DNA of 64,000 bases from an uncultured Acidobacteriota bacterium (GCA_963770895.1 CAVYRF010000002.1:4000001-4064000), one strand, 5' to 3'. Counted from the stretch's first letter, positions 38,520 to 48,930 are shown. Program-made: numbers and translations. The notes: generated from the sequence alone by a model not told the origin.

Positions 38520-38876
38520 ATGGCGGCGGAGATCCTGCGCCAGGGGGCTGAAAGAGTGATTAGGCACATTGCCACGAGTTCGTCTCTCGACTTTGACCTG
38601 GATCGGCTCAACGAATTTTGCCGGCGTTGGAGCGTCACTGAGCTGGCGCTCTTCGGCTCCGTTCTGCGCGCCGATTTTGGACCCGAGAGTGACGTGGATG
38701 TCCTGGTCACCTTTGCGGCTGATTCGCCCTGGACCCTGTGGGACCTCTCCAGGATGCGGATCGACCTGGAATCCATCTTTGGCCGGGCGATAGATCTGGT
38801 CGAAAAAAAGGCATTGCGCAATCCGTATCGGAGGCGGGCCATCCTCGCTGATCATCAGGTCCTCTATGCATCCTGA
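38520..38876 (+). CDS. mntA: MNT nucleotidyltransferase antitoxin
   Basis: GSVLRADFGPESDVD = GSX10DXD; start codon uncertain (38520 or 38556). Confidence 0.85.
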   Translation: MAAEILRQGAERVIRHIATSSSLDFDLDRLNEFCRRWSVTELALFGSVLRADFGPESDVDVLVTFAADSPWTLWDLSRMRIDLESIFGRAIDLVEKKALRNPYRRRAILADHQVLYAS

Positions 38877-39213
38877 TCGAGATCGGGCATGCCTCTGGGA
38901 CATGCTGAAGGCTGCCCAGGGACTTGCGTCTTCATTGCGCGGGCTGACCTTCGCGCAGTATGCCAGCGACGAAAACCTTCGTATGGCGACGGAACGCAGG
39001 ATCGAAATCATTGGCAAAGCGGCGCGCCGCATCTCCACGGAGCGTAAGGAATCTCATCCAGAGATCCCTTGGCGCCTGATCGTCGATCAGCGCAACGTGC
39101 TGATTCACGCCTATGACGAGATCGACAACGAGCGGATCTGGGCGTTGGCAGAGAAAGACATCCCGCGCTTGGCACAGCAACTCACAGCGCTTGTCCCACC
39201 TGACGAGGTGTGA
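38866..39213 (+). CDS. hepT: HEPN (DUF86) RNase toxin
   Basis: RNVLIHAY = RX4HXY; HPEIPW; overlaps the MNT gene. Confidence 0.88.
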   Translation: MHPDRDRACLWDMLKAAQGLASSLRGLTFAQYASDENLRMATERRIEIIGKAARRISTERKESHPEIPWRLIVDQRNVLIHAYDEIDNERIWALAEKDIPRLAQQLTALVPPDEV

Positions 39214-39399
39214 TGTTGGGCGTTCCTTGCCGCCACGCATAGACACGTGGTGTCCTCGATCGAGCAACTACGCCGTGGATGGGGGGCGTAGGCGGCGGCG
39301 AGCCGGGGATGTTGGTGTTTCTGGATCGGCTGGGAAGATGCCGGCTTTCGAGCTACGATCAGGGCCGGCCGGGTGCGAGTGGGCCAGGCCTGGGCAATC

Positions 39400-39837
39400 A
39401 TGGAATCTCGGACGCATTTGGCGATCGATCGCAGGCTTTGCGGCGTGCCTTTGGTGGTGCCGGGGGCGGCGGTGGGGATGGCTTGGGTGGGGCTGACGAC
39501 GGTTGCTGAGATGGCGGCGGATGGGCTTGGGTTGGTGCATGGCGGCTTCGTGTTCGGGCTGGCGGACTATGCGGCGATGCTGGCGGTCAACGATCCGTTG
39601 GTGGTGTTGGGGAGTGCCGAGGTGCGGTTCCTGCGGCCGGTCGTGGTGGGGGAGCGGCTGGTCGCGGAGGCGCGGCGGGAGGGGGAGGCGGGGCGGCGCA
39701 GCAAGGTGGTGGTGGAGGTGCGGCGAGCGCCGGATGATCGCGGCGATCCACGGAGCGCGGACGGGGAGGTGGTGATGCGCGGGGAATTCGTCTGCTTCAC
39801 GCTGGAACGGCACGTGCTGCAGACGGAGCCGGCATGA
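39400..39837 (+). CDS. PaaI-family hotdog thioesterase
   Basis: [22 protein letters not shown]. Confidence 0.85.
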   Translation: MESRTHLAIDRRLCGVPLVVPGAAVGMAWVGLTTVAEMAADGLGLVHGGFVFGLADYAAMLAVNDPLVVLGSAEVRFLRPVVVGERLVAEARREGEAGRRSKVVVEVRRAPDDRGDPRSADGEVVMRGEFVCFTLERHVLQTEPA

Positions 39838-41801
39838 ACGGCGGCGAGCAGATCGCCGCGGTGCTGGCGCGGCAGGGCGTGCGTTTCCTGTTCACCCTGT
39901 GCGGCGGGCATATCTCGCCGATCCTGGTGGGGGCCAAGCAGTTGGGGATCCGCGTCGTGGACGTGCGCGACGAGGTGGCGGCGGTGTTCGCGGCGGATGC
40001 GGTGGCGCGCCTGACCGGGGTGCCGGGGGTGGCGGCGGTGACCGCCGGGCCGGGTGTGACCAACACGGTGACGGCGCTCAAGAACGCGCAGATGGCGCAG
40101 TCGCCGGTGGTGCTGCTGGGCGGCGCGGCGGCGACCTTGCTCAAGGGGCGCGGCGCGCTGCAGGACATCGAGCAGATGCCGCTGATCCGGCCGCACGTCA
40201 AGTGGGCGGCGAGCGCCCGCGCGGTGCGCGAGCTGGCGCCGCTGCTCGAAGAGGCGTTCCGCCAGGCGCGCGCCGGGGTGCCGGGGCCGGTGTTCCTGGA
40301 ATGCCCGATCGACCTGTTGTACCCCGAAACGTTGGTGCGGCAGATGTACGGCGCGTCCGCCGGCGACGGTGCCGCGGGCGAGGCAGGCGAAAGTGCGGCC
40401 AAGGACGGCGGCGGCGGACTGGCCGGCTGGGCGCTGCGTTTCTACCTGCGCCGCCACCTGGCGCGGCTGTTCCGGCCGGGGCGGGCGATCGCTGCGGGCG
40501 CCATCGCATCCGGCGCCGTGCCCGGTGCGCGAGCGAGCGCGGGCGATGGCGTCCAGGGCGTCACCGGGCGGGAGCAGGCGCCGTCGCGCGGGCAGGTGCG
40601 GCGGGCGGCGGCTCTCCTGGCGCGGAGCGAGCGGCCGGTGCTGGTGGTGGGGAGCCAGGCGGTGCTGGATACGGCGGCGGTGGGGGAGCTGGCGGCGGCC
40701 ATCGCGGCGATCGGCGTGCCCTGCTACCTGGCGGGTGGCGCGCGCGGGTTGCTGGGCGCCAGCCATCCGTTGCAGCTGCGCCACCGCCGCAAGGAGGCGC
40801 TGCGCCAGGCCGACGTGGTGCTGCTGGCCGGCATCCCCAACGATTTCCGGCTCGACTACGGGCGCCACGTCAACCGGCGGGCCGACCTGGTGATGATCAG
40901 CCGCAAGGCGGACGATCTGAGCCAGAACCGTCGCCCGCGCCTGGCGGTGCACGCCGATCCGGGCCGCTTTCTGCGCGACCTGGCCGCGTACGGCCGGCGC
41001 GCCGGCGGCGGCCCTGCCGGGGAGGGGCTGGCTGCCCTGCCCGGCGTGGCAGCTTCTGCAGTGCCGGCGGCGCCGCTGGCGGAGGGGACCGATACGGCGC
41101 CGACCGGTTCGACCTCGGCAGGGAACCGTGAGGCGGGGCCAGGCAGGTGGGCGTCGTGGCTCGGCGCTCTGCGCGGCCGTGACGACGACCGCGAGCGGGA
41201 GATCGCGGCGCAGGCGGCGGCCGCGGTCAGCGGCGGGCTGGTCAATCCGCTGCACCTTTGCCGCGAGATCGAGTCGCTGCTGGCTCCCGACAGCGTGATC
41301 GTGGCCGACGGCGGGGATTTTGTGGGCACCGCGGCGTACGTGCTGCGGCCGCGGGCGCCGCTGTCGTGGCTGGATCCCGGCGTGTTCGGCACCTTGGGGG
41401 TGGGGGGCGGCTTTGCGCTCGGCGCCAAGCTGTGCCGGCCGGGTGCGGACGTGTGGATCGTCTATGGTGACGGCTCGGCCGCCTACAGCCTGGCGGAGAT
41501 CGACACCATGGCGCGCCACGGCCTGGCGGTGATCGCGGTGGTGGGCAACGACGCGGGATGGGCGCAGATCGCCCGCGAGCAGGTGGAGATGCTGCACGAC
41601 GACGTGGGCACCGTGCTGGCGCGTACCGACTACCATCGGGTGGCCGCCGGGTACGGCGGCATGGGTCTGCGCATCGCCCGCCCCGAAGACGTCCGCCCGG
41701 TCCTGGAAGAAGCGCTGCGGCTGGCCCGCGCCGGCTCGCCGGTCCTGGTCAACGCCCTGATCGGGCGCACCGAGTTCCGCAAGGGCTCGATCTCGATCTG
41801 A
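39834..41801 (+). CDS. ThDP-dependent enzyme, ILVBL / 2-hydroxyacyl-CoA lyase 2-like
   Basis: [41 protein letters not shown]...GND; ATGA-coupled to the thioesterase. Confidence 0.85.
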   Translation: MNGGEQIAAVLARQGVRFLFTLCGGHISPILVGAKQLGIRVVDVRDEVAAVFAADAVARLTGVPGVAAVTAGPGVTNTVTALKNAQMAQSPVVLLGGAAATLLKGRGALQDIEQMPLIRPHVKWAASARAVRELAPLLEEAFRQARAGVPGPVFLECPIDLLYPETLVRQMYGASAGDGAAGEAGESAAKDGGGGLAGWALRFYLRRHLARLFRPGRAIAAGAIASGAVPGARASAGDGVQGVTGREQAPSRGQVRRAAALLARSERPVLVVGSQAVLDTAAVGELAAAIAAIGVPCYLAGGARGLLGASHPLQLRHRRKEALRQADVVLLAGIPNDFRLDYGRHVNRRADLVMISRKADDLSQNRRPRLAVHADPGRFLRDLAAYGRRAGGGPAGEGLAALPGVAASAVPAAPLAEGTDTAPTGSTSAGNREAGPGRWASWLGALRGRDDDREREIAAQAAAAVSGGLVNPLHLCREIESLLAPDSVIVADGGDFVGTAAYVLRPRAPLSWLDPGVFGTLGVGGGFALGAKLCRPGADVWIVYGDGSAAYSLAEIDTMARHGLAVIAVVGNDAGWAQIAREQVEMLHDDVGTVLARTDYHRVAAGYGGMGLRIARPEDVRPVLEEALRLARAGSPVLVNALIGRTEFRKGSISI

Positions 41802-41827
41802 GCCAGCCGGGTGGCGGGCCTGAACCC

Positions 41828-43624
41828 ATGAACGTGGGCGCCCGGCCGCGGGCGGCGCTGCCGGTGGCCGCGATGCTGGCGGCGCTGGCGGCGGTCGCGT
41901 CGGTCGTTGCCGGCGTCGTGCTGCGCCTGTGGGGATTGGCGGATCAGGTCCTGGGCGGCGACGAGCTGCACGCGGTGCGGGTGGCGCTGGCACAGCCGCT
42001 GTCGGCGGTGCTCACGACCTACCAGCTGGCGGACGCGTGCATCCCGCTGACGGCGCTCGATCGCTGGCTGCTTGACCACGGAGTTGCCCTGAGCGAAATG
42101 TGGCTGCGCCTGCCGGTGCTGACGTGCGGCCTGGCGGCGCTGGCGGCCATCCCGGCGCTCGCCCGCCGTTACCTGGAGCCCGCCGCCCGGCCGATCCTGT
42201 GGGCGCTGGTGGCGACGTCGCCGCTGCTCGTCCTGTACAGCCGCATCGCCCGCTCGTACATGCCGGCGACCCTGCTCAGCTTTGCCGCCGTCATGGCGTT
42301 CGGCCGCTGGTGGATGGATGCCGGCGCCAATACCGCAAGTCCCGCCGACGCCGCCAGTGCCGCCAGTGCCGCCGATGCCGCCGCAGCCGGCGCGCGCGGT
42401 AGCCGTGTCGCGCTGGCGTGCTACGCGGCGCTGGGGGCGCTGGCCGTTTGGTTCCACCTGGGGACCGCTCCTATCGTCGCGGCGCCGTTGGTCGTTGCGG
42501 CCAGCCAGATGAGTCTGGCTGCGCTGCGCGGTTGGCGAAGCGAGGGGGGACGTTTGGCGCCGGGGCGCCCTTCCCGATGGCGCGAGTTGGCGGCGGCGGC
42601 CGCGGGTCTGGCGTCGGGTTGGGCTTTGTTTCTGGTGCCGGCGGCCCCATCGCTTGCCCGCCTGGTGGCCGCCAAGAGCCAGGCGCAGCGGATACCGGCC
42701 GCGGTGTGGGGCGACGTGCTGCGGTTGCAGGCGGGATGCGGCGGGCGTTTGCCGGCGGCGCTTTTCTGGCTGAGCGCGGCGGTGGGGGCGGTCACCCTGG
42801 TGCGCCGGTGGCAGCGGTGCGGCATCTACCTGGTGGCGCTGGCGCTCGCCCAGGTGCTGGGCATCCGGGTGTTGTCGCCGCTGGGACTGGCGCGCGCGCA
42901 GGTGCTCGATCGCTACCTGCTGCCGGTGCTGCCGATCGTGCTGGTGTGGGTGGCGACGGGCCTGGCGCGGCCCTGGTGGCCGCGGCAGTCGGCGTTCGGG
43001 CGGCGCGGCCAGCGATGGGCCGCGGCCGGGCTGCTGCTGGTGTGGGTGAGCGCGGGGCCGTTCGGCGACGCCGATTTTCGGAGCAGCTCGTTCATGCACC
43101 ACAACGACATGGTGGCGTTCGCCCTGCCGCGCGCGGTGGCGCCGCCGGGCGCGGTGCCGCGCCCCTACCTGGCCCTGGGGGGGCCGCCGGGCACGGCGGT
43201 GATCGAGCTGCCCTGGCCGCCGGTGTGGGACTTTGGCCGCTCGTTCTACGTCTATCAGGAAGTGCACGGCCTGCGCGTCCTGGTGGCCGCTCCGGGCGGC
43301 GCCCTTCTCGCGGGCCGCCTCCGCTGGCGCAACCAGGTGGAGGCAGCGCCGGCCGCGCTCCTGGGCAGCGGCGCGCGCTATGTCGTGGTGCATCGCCACC
43401 TGGCGGTGGAGGAGAACCGCCTGACCCTGCCGGCGGGGCCGCCGGCGCCGCGCCACATGCCCGCCGCCGCAGCCGCGGCGCTGGCGGCGGCGGGGAATGC
43501 TGCAGACTCGCTCCTCGCTAGCGCCTGGGGGCCGCCAGCCTACGCCGACGCCGACGTCGCCGTGTGGGACCTGGCAAAGTTGCGCCGCGGTGGCGCGGGC
43601 GGCGCGCCGCTCAACGGCCGTTGA
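41828..43624 (+). CDS. Multi-pass membrane protein, putative GT-C (PMT/ArnT-like) glycosyltransferase
   Basis: DE motif after TM1 (GGDELH), YSRIARSY, RYLLP; many TM helices. Confidence 0.6.
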   Translation: MNVGARPRAALPVAAMLAALAAVASVVAGVVLRLWGLADQVLGGDELHAVRVALAQPLSAVLTTYQLADACIPLTALDRWLLDHGVALSEMWLRLPVLTCGLAALAAIPALARRYLEPAARPILWALVATSPLLVLYSRIARSYMPATLLSFAAVMAFGRWWMDAGANTASPADAASAASAADAAAAGARGSRVALACYAALGALAVWFHLGTAPIVAAPLVVAASQMSLAALRGWRSEGGRLAPGRPSRWRELAAAAAGLASGWALFLVPAAPSLARLVAAKSQAQRIPAAVWGDVLRLQAGCGGRLPAALFWLSAAVGAVTLVRRWQRCGIYLVALALAQVLGIRVLSPLGLARAQVLDRYLLPVLPIVLVWVATGLARPWWPRQSAFGRRGQRWAAAGLLLVWVSAGPFGDADFRSSSFMHHNDMVAFALPRAVAPPGAVPRPYLALGGPPGTAVIELPWPPVWDFGRSFYVYQEVHGLRVLVAAPGGALLAGRLRWRNQVEAAPAALLGSGARYVVVHRHLAVEENRLTLPAGPPAPRHMPAAAAAALAAAGNAADSLLASAWGPPAYADADVAVWDLAKLRRGGAGGAPLNGR

Positions 43625-44119
43625 GCGCCACCGCGCTGGCCGCCCGGCGCCGGCGCCGGCCGATCTGCCGGGAAGGCGAGCTGGCCGTCGGTCGCCTTTG
43701 GGCAGCTTGCGGCACCATGAGTACGGCTATTGCGGGATAAAGGGTAACTACCGCCTCTGGCAGCGCCGCGCGCGCCGGCCTGCCGGGAAGACTTGGACCA
43801 GGGGTCGTCCCGGGCGCGGGCGGTTTCCCGGTTCGGGCTGGTGCAGGTGGTCGCAGGTGGTCGTTCGTTTTGGCAACCCTGCCCGACGGGTTCCGCGAAG
43901 CATGGACGGTGGAGTTGGCAAGAGCGGTCGTGGGAAACCAAAAAATGGTTCGGTTCGCCTTGGCCGCCGCCTTTGTGGGCTGGTGGCGGCTTTGGCGCAG
44001 CGCTGGCCGTGCCGGCGATGGCGCGGGCGGCGGCCGGGCTTCTGGTCCCGGTGGTGGCGGGTGCTGGCTCGGGCGGGCTACGGTATGATCGGCGGCCGAA
44101 TACGACAGGAGGATCGGGA

Positions 44120-46336
44120 ATGCACACGCGCACGTCGCCGACGGATGTTGGTCTCAGGAAGAGGCGGCTGGCGCCGCTGGCGTTGCCGGCCTGGCCGGCG
44201 CTGCTGGCTCTGGTGGTCGGCGCTGGCCTGGCGGCTCCGCCTGCGGTCCAGGCGGCTCCGGTTGCGGCGGCGGGTTCGGCTGCAGCCCCGACGGGGGAGG
44301 CCTCGGCCAGCCATCCCTTTGCTGCGATCGACATGCTGTCGATGCTGCGGGTTTCGCAGCCGCAGGCGTCGCCGCGCGGCGATTGGGTGGCGTTCGTGGT
44401 GCAGCGTCCCGATTTTGCCGCCAACAGCAACCATACGGACCTGTGGATCGTGGGCGGCGACGGCAGCGGCGAGCGTGCGCTGACGACGGATGGCGCGGGC
44501 TACGACAATCCGCGCTGGGCGGCCGACGGCAGCGCCTTGTACTTCCTTTCCAGGCGATCGGGGAACAGTCAGATCTGGCGGCTGGCCGCGGCGCAGGCGG
44601 GCCAGGCGGCGCCGCAGTTCGAGCAGGTGACGCGGCTGCCGGTGGAGGTGACCAGCTTCCAGCTGACGCCCGACGCGGCGCACGCGGTGGTGAGCGCCGA
44701 CGTGTTTCCCGACTGCCCGAACCTGGGGTGTACGCACGACCGGCTGGAGACGGTGGCGAAGAGCACGGTCAAGGCGCGGTTCTTCCCCGACGGGACCGGC
44801 TTTGTCCGCCATTGGGACACGTGGGAAGACGGCACCCGCTCGCACCTGTTCGCCGTGGCCCTGGGCGACGGCGGGGCGGCGCCGATCGACCTGATGCATG
44901 GCATGCAGGGTGACGCACCGTCGAAGCCCGAGGGCGGCCCCGAGGAGTACGCGGTGTCTCCCGACGGCCGGACGGTGGTGTTCGCGGTGCGTCTGGCCGG
45001 GCGCGGCGAGCCGTGGTCCACCAACTTCGACCTGTACAGCGTGCCGCTCGACGGTTCGCAGGCGCCGCGCGACCTGACCGCGACCAATCCGGCCTGGGAC
45101 AGCTTCCCGGTGTTCTCGCCGGATGGCAGGACGCTGGCCTATGGGGCGCAGACGCGTCCCGCCGACGAGGCGGACCGCTTTCACCTGGTGCTGCGCGACC
45201 TGGCGAGCGGCCAGGAGCGCAGGATCGCGGAGGAGTGGGACCGGTCGGTCGGGCCGCTGCTGTTCTCGGCCGACGGCCGGACGCTGTTCACCACCACGAG
45301 CGACATGGGGCAGAACCCGGTGTTCGCCATCGACGTGGCGACCGGGCACGTGCGCAAGCTGCCGCTGGCCGGCCACGTCGCCGCGCCGGGGCTGGCCGGC
45401 AGCAACCGCCTGGTGGTGACCATGGACGACCTGCGCCACCCGGCCGAGGTGTACACGCTCGGCACCGACGGGTCGGCGCCGGTGCAGATCACCCACCTCA
45501 ACCGGCAGCGCCTGGCGACGGTGCGGATGGGCGACTTCGAGCAGTTCCACTTTGCCGGCGCCGGCGGCGAGACCGTGTATGGCTGGGTGGTCAAGCCAGC
45601 CGACCTTGCGCCCGGCAAGCGGTATCCGACGGTTTTGATCATCCACGGCGGCCCCGAGTCCGCGATGGACAACCATTTTCACTACCGCTGGAACCCCGAG
45701 GTGTATGCCGGGGCCGGCTACGGCGTGGTGTTCATCGATTTTCACGGCACGCCGGGGTACGGCCAGGCGTTCGTCGACTCGATCGCCCACGATTGGGGCG
45801 GCAAACCGTTCGTCGATCTGCAGCTGGGGCTGGCGGCGGCGGTCGCGCGCTATCCCTGGATGGACGGCGAGCGGGCCTGCGACCTGGGGGCCTCGTTCGG
45901 CGGTTTCATGACCAATTGGATCGAAGGCAACTGGCCCGACCGCTTCCGCTGCGCGGTGACCCACGACGGTGTGTTCGATCAGCGCATGATGTATTACGCG
46001 ACCGAGGAGCTGTGGTTCCCGGAGTATGAAGAGGGCGCGCCGGAGTTTCAGGCGCCCGAGGCCTACGAGAAGTGGAACCCGGTGCGTTTTGTCGACCGCT
46101 GGAAGACGCCGATGCTGGTCGTCCACAGCGACCTGGACTTCCGCATCCCGCTCAGCCAGGGCCTGGGCGCCTATACCGCGCTGCGGCGGCGCGGCGTGCC
46201 CAGCGAGTTCCTGGAGTTTCCCAACGAGAACCACTGGGTGCTGAAGCCGGCCGACAGCTTGCTGTGGCACCAGACCGTGCTGTCGTGGCTGGCGCGGTGG
46301 CTCAACCCGCCGACCGGCACGCCCGTCGCGCAGTGA
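44120..46336 (+). CDS. Secreted S9 peptidase (DPP5/acylaminoacyl peptidase-like)
   Basis: beta-propeller repeats FSPDG; IHGGPE, GASFGG, DFRI, ENHWV; AGGAGG RBS. Confidence 0.92.
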   Translation: MHTRTSPTDVGLRKRRLAPLALPAWPALLALVVGAGLAAPPAVQAAPVAAAGSAAAPTGEASASHPFAAIDMLSMLRVSQPQASPRGDWVAFVVQRPDFAANSNHTDLWIVGGDGSGERALTTDGAGYDNPRWAADGSALYFLSRRSGNSQIWRLAAAQAGQAAPQFEQVTRLPVEVTSFQLTPDAAHAVVSADVFPDCPNLGCTHDRLETVAKSTVKARFFPDGTGFVRHWDTWEDGTRSHLFAVALGDGGAAPIDLMHGMQGDAPSKPEGGPEEYAVSPDGRTVVFAVRLAGRGEPWSTNFDLYSVPLDGSQAPRDLTATNPAWDSFPVFSPDGRTLAYGAQTRPADEADRFHLVLRDLASGQERRIAEEWDRSVGPLLFSADGRTLFTTTSDMGQNPVFAIDVATGHVRKLPLAGHVAAPGLAGSNRLVVTMDDLRHPAEVYTLGTDGSAPVQITHLNRQRLATVRMGDFEQFHFAGAGGETVYGWVVKPADLAPGKRYPTVLIIHGGPESAMDNHFHYRWNPEVYAGAGYGVVFIDFHGTPGYGQAFVDSIAHDWGGKPFVDLQLGLAAAVARYPWMDGERACDLGASFGGFMTNWIEGNWPDRFRCAVTHDGVFDQRMMYYATEELWFPEYEEGAPEFQAPEAYEKWNPVRFVDRWKTPMLVVHSDLDFRIPLSQGLGAYTALRRRGVPSEFLEFPNENHWVLKPADSLLWHQTVLSWLARWLNPPTGTPVAQ

Positions 46337-46398
46337 TTGCCGTCGTGCACTCGTAGACCTTGAAGGTGCGCGGTCGCGGCGTCCTGGGGGCGTCGGGG

Positions 46399-46610
46399 CC
46401 GCGCACCTGACCTCCCCGCTGCACACGCCGCGCACCTGGCCTCCCTGGTGCACACCTGGCCTCCTGCGCCGCATACCTGGCCTCCCTGCCGCAGCCCTGG
46501 CCTCGCTGCCGCAGTCCTGGCCTCGCTGCCGCGCATCTGGCCTCGCTGCCGCGGCCCTGCGCCTCGCTGCCGCGCATCTGGCCTCCCTGCCGCGCATCTG
46601 GCCTCCCCTG
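46399..46610. repeat. 20-bp tandem minisatellite, about 10 degenerate copies
   Basis: Units such as CCGCAGTCCTGGCCTCGCTG, CCGCGCATCTGGCCTCGCTG and CCGCGCATCTGGCCTCCCTG head to tail. Confidence 0.85.
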
Positions 46611-46863
46611 CGCCTCCCTCGCCGCCTCTCTCGCTGCCTCCCTGCCGGCGCTGTTTGCCCCTGCTTTGGCCTTCGCTGAGGCCGGCGATCCCTTGTCGTG
46701 GTTGGGGTTGCGATTTCTTGATGGTCTTTGTCTTCAAAACCCGCCCTGCGGCAACTCTTCTTGTATAGGTGCCCCCAATAGGATGACGGGCCATCAAGGC
46801 ATCGCTATACGGGCATTAGAGCGATCAATCGGCAAGGACGGCACAGCAAGGAGAACTCGCTTT

Positions 46864-48930
46864 ATGGTTCCATTCCCCATCTCAATGCCCGGCGCTCTTC
46901 GGCTTCGCAGTGTGCAGCCTCTGATCGATTGGGACGGCTCCTGCAGCCTGGTGTACGACGTAGAGCGGGCGGCGGTGTTCGAGGTGCCGGCCGAGCTGCA
47001 GCTGCACATCGCGCCGGCGCTGGAAACGGGCGACCTGGACGAAGACCTGCTGGGATGGTTGGCCGGCGAAGATCTGCTGACCGCCGAAGGTTGGGGGGAC
47101 TGGAGCGTCTGGAGCGGCGCGGGCGCGGCGGGAGCCGATTGCGACTTCGGCGCGACGGGCGCCGCCGGTGGATTTGGCGTCTATCGTGGCGCGCACGACG
47201 ACGACGGACCGGCCGGGCGCACCGACTCGGCGGCCGGCCTGGTGGCGTTTCCGGGGATCGCGTGGCAGGCGGCCCTGCCGGTGGAAGGCGCCTTCGCCGG
47301 CGCGGGGCACCTTGGGGACGAGGCCCACGGCTGGATCAGCCAGGCCGGCGAGGGCGCCGCGCTCGACGCCCTGGAGACGCTCTTCAAACGCGCGCTGGGG
47401 GCGTCGCGCCTCAAGCTGCACTTCGATTGGGCGGGGACCGTGCCGGCCGGCGGCCTGCTCGACAAGATCGTGAGCGAGGCACGCCGCCGGGCGGTGGTGT
47501 CGCGCCAGGAGATCACTTTCGAAATCGCCGTCGACCCGGGCCAGGTCAGTGCCCAGGTTGCCCGCCGTCTGGCCGATCTGCCGGTGCACGTGCGCCTGCG
47601 GTGTGGGGAGTGCGATTCGGCCGCGCTCGCCGGCACGCCCAACGAAAACCGGCCTTGGCTGCTCGCCGAGCCGGCGGTGCAGCTGCTGCTGGAGGCGCAC
47701 GCGCAGGGGCCGCTCGCTCCCATGGCTCCGATGGCTCCGATGGCTCCGATGGCTCCAATGGCTCCCCTTGGCACCATGTCGCGGCTCGCGGCGCGGCCCG
47801 CCGAGCCGGCGCCGCTGACCGTGCAGTGCGTCCTGCACGGTGCGGCGCGGTTGATCGAGCTGTGGCGCTGGGCCAAGGGCCTGGGCCTGAGCAGCCTGGA
47901 CGTGATCCGCCTCGACGATTCGGATGCCGTCGGCTCCGGTGCCGGCGCTGGCGCCGGCATCGCCGCCACGGCCTCGGCGCCCGCGCAGGCCACGCACGCC
48001 GCGCCCGCCCCAGTCACCGCGGGCTCGCTCGTCGGCGGCGGCAGGGCAGAGTGCGCGGGCGCGGGCGCAGCGATGGCCGCGTTGCCGGTTGCGCCGGCCT
48101 CGTTCGTGGAGGCGCCAGGCGCGGGACTGCAAGGCAGCGGGGCCGGGCATCCGGTGGCGCCGGCGTCGCTGCCGCCGGCGGGCCTGGGCAGCGAGCTGTC
48201 CGAGCTGGCGGAGCTGACCTCGCGGCTGGCCTCGCGTGCCCGTGACTCGCGCCTGTACTGTCAGGACCTGGAAGCGATCTACGAAGAGACCTGCAACGAG
48301 CTGGTGGCGGGCCGCCTGCCGATCGACTTCCAGCCGCTCACCCGCATCGTTCGCCGCCTGATGCGCGGCGAGCTGCCGCGGCCGCTGGCCGGCGGCGCGG
48401 ACGACGGCGAAGCCTCGCCGGGGCTGGCCATGCGCTTTGGCGGCATCGAAACCCTGGATCCGCGCCAGCTGCCCGAGCTATGGTGGCTGCGCCTGGGCGA
48501 CCTGACGCAAGCCAACGTCGCCACCGTCGCGGGGGGAGCGCGCCTTGCGGACCTTGCAGGCGGTGCAAACGGTGATGGCGGCGCCGGCGCCCGCGCGGCG
48601 GCGGAAGCGAGCGAGCCGGAATCGGCAGTCCCCTGTGTCAGCTGCTGGGCGCGCCAGGTCTGCAACCACAGCGTCTATGTCGCTTCGCCGCTCGGCAGCG
48701 AAGACCCGCGCTCGCCGTCGCGCGAGCACTGCGACATCTGGTGCGCCGAAGTCGAAGCTGCGCTGCGCCTGTTCCATCGGCTCACCCAGATCGATCAGAC
48801 CACCCAGCTGCTGCAGTTCATCGAAGGCGACGGCGGCGGCGCGCACTCCTTCCACCCGCTGCACTCGCAGCAATCGACCATGCCCCAGCCCTTCAGCTAC
48901 ATGGATCTGCGCAGCATGAAGCCCTCGTAG
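46864..48930 (+). CDS. Degenerate radical SAM/SPASM-like protein (RRE-like N-terminus, no CxxxCxxC)
   Basis: AAGGAG RBS; barrel strand/helix pattern of SPASM maturases; C-terminal CVSCWARQVC...HCDIW. Confidence 0.65.
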   Translation: MVPFPISMPGALRLRSVQPLIDWDGSCSLVYDVERAAVFEVPAELQLHIAPALETGDLDEDLLGWLAGEDLLTAEGWGDWSVWSGAGAAGADCDFGATGAAGGFGVYRGAHDDDGPAGRTDSAAGLVAFPGIAWQAALPVEGAFAGAGHLGDEAHGWISQAGEGAALDALETLFKRALGASRLKLHFDWAGTVPAGGLLDKIVSEARRRAVVSRQEITFEIAVDPGQVSAQVARRLADLPVHVRLRCGECDSAALAGTPNENRPWLLAEPAVQLLLEAHAQGPLAPMAPMAPMAPMAPMAPLGTMSRLAARPAEPAPLTVQCVLHGAARLIELWRWAKGLGLSSLDVIRLDDSDAVGSGAGAGAGIAATASAPAQATHAAPAPVTAGSLVGGGRAECAGAGAAMAALPVAPASFVEAPGAGLQGSGAGHPVAPASLPPAGLGSELSELAELTSRLASRARDSRLYCQDLEAIYEETCNELVAGRLPIDFQPLTRIVRRLMRGELPRPLAGGADDGEASPGLAMRFGGIETLDPRQLPELWWLRLGDLTQANVATVAGGARLADLAGGANGDGGAGARAAAEASEPESAVPCVSCWARQVCNHSVYVASPLGSEDPRSPSREHCDIWCAEVEAALRLFHRLTQIDQTTQLLQFIEGDGGGAHSFHPLHSQQSTMPQPFSYMDLRSMKPS

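Noticed and set aside
43625-44119. Riboswitch or ncRNA in the 500-bp gap before the S9 peptidase
   Set aside because: Only a short GGGAAG and weak hairpins; no complete cobalamin, TPP or SAM consensus recognised; an Rfam scan would be needed
46399-46610. CRISPR array
   Set aside because: Units are directly adjacent with only about 4 variable bases; no spacers and no cas genes
46448-46768. Trp/Cys-repeat ORF as a RiPP precursor for the rSAM-like protein
   Set aside because: It arises from the 20-bp repeat, which shifts frame each unit; no RBS or leader-like sequence
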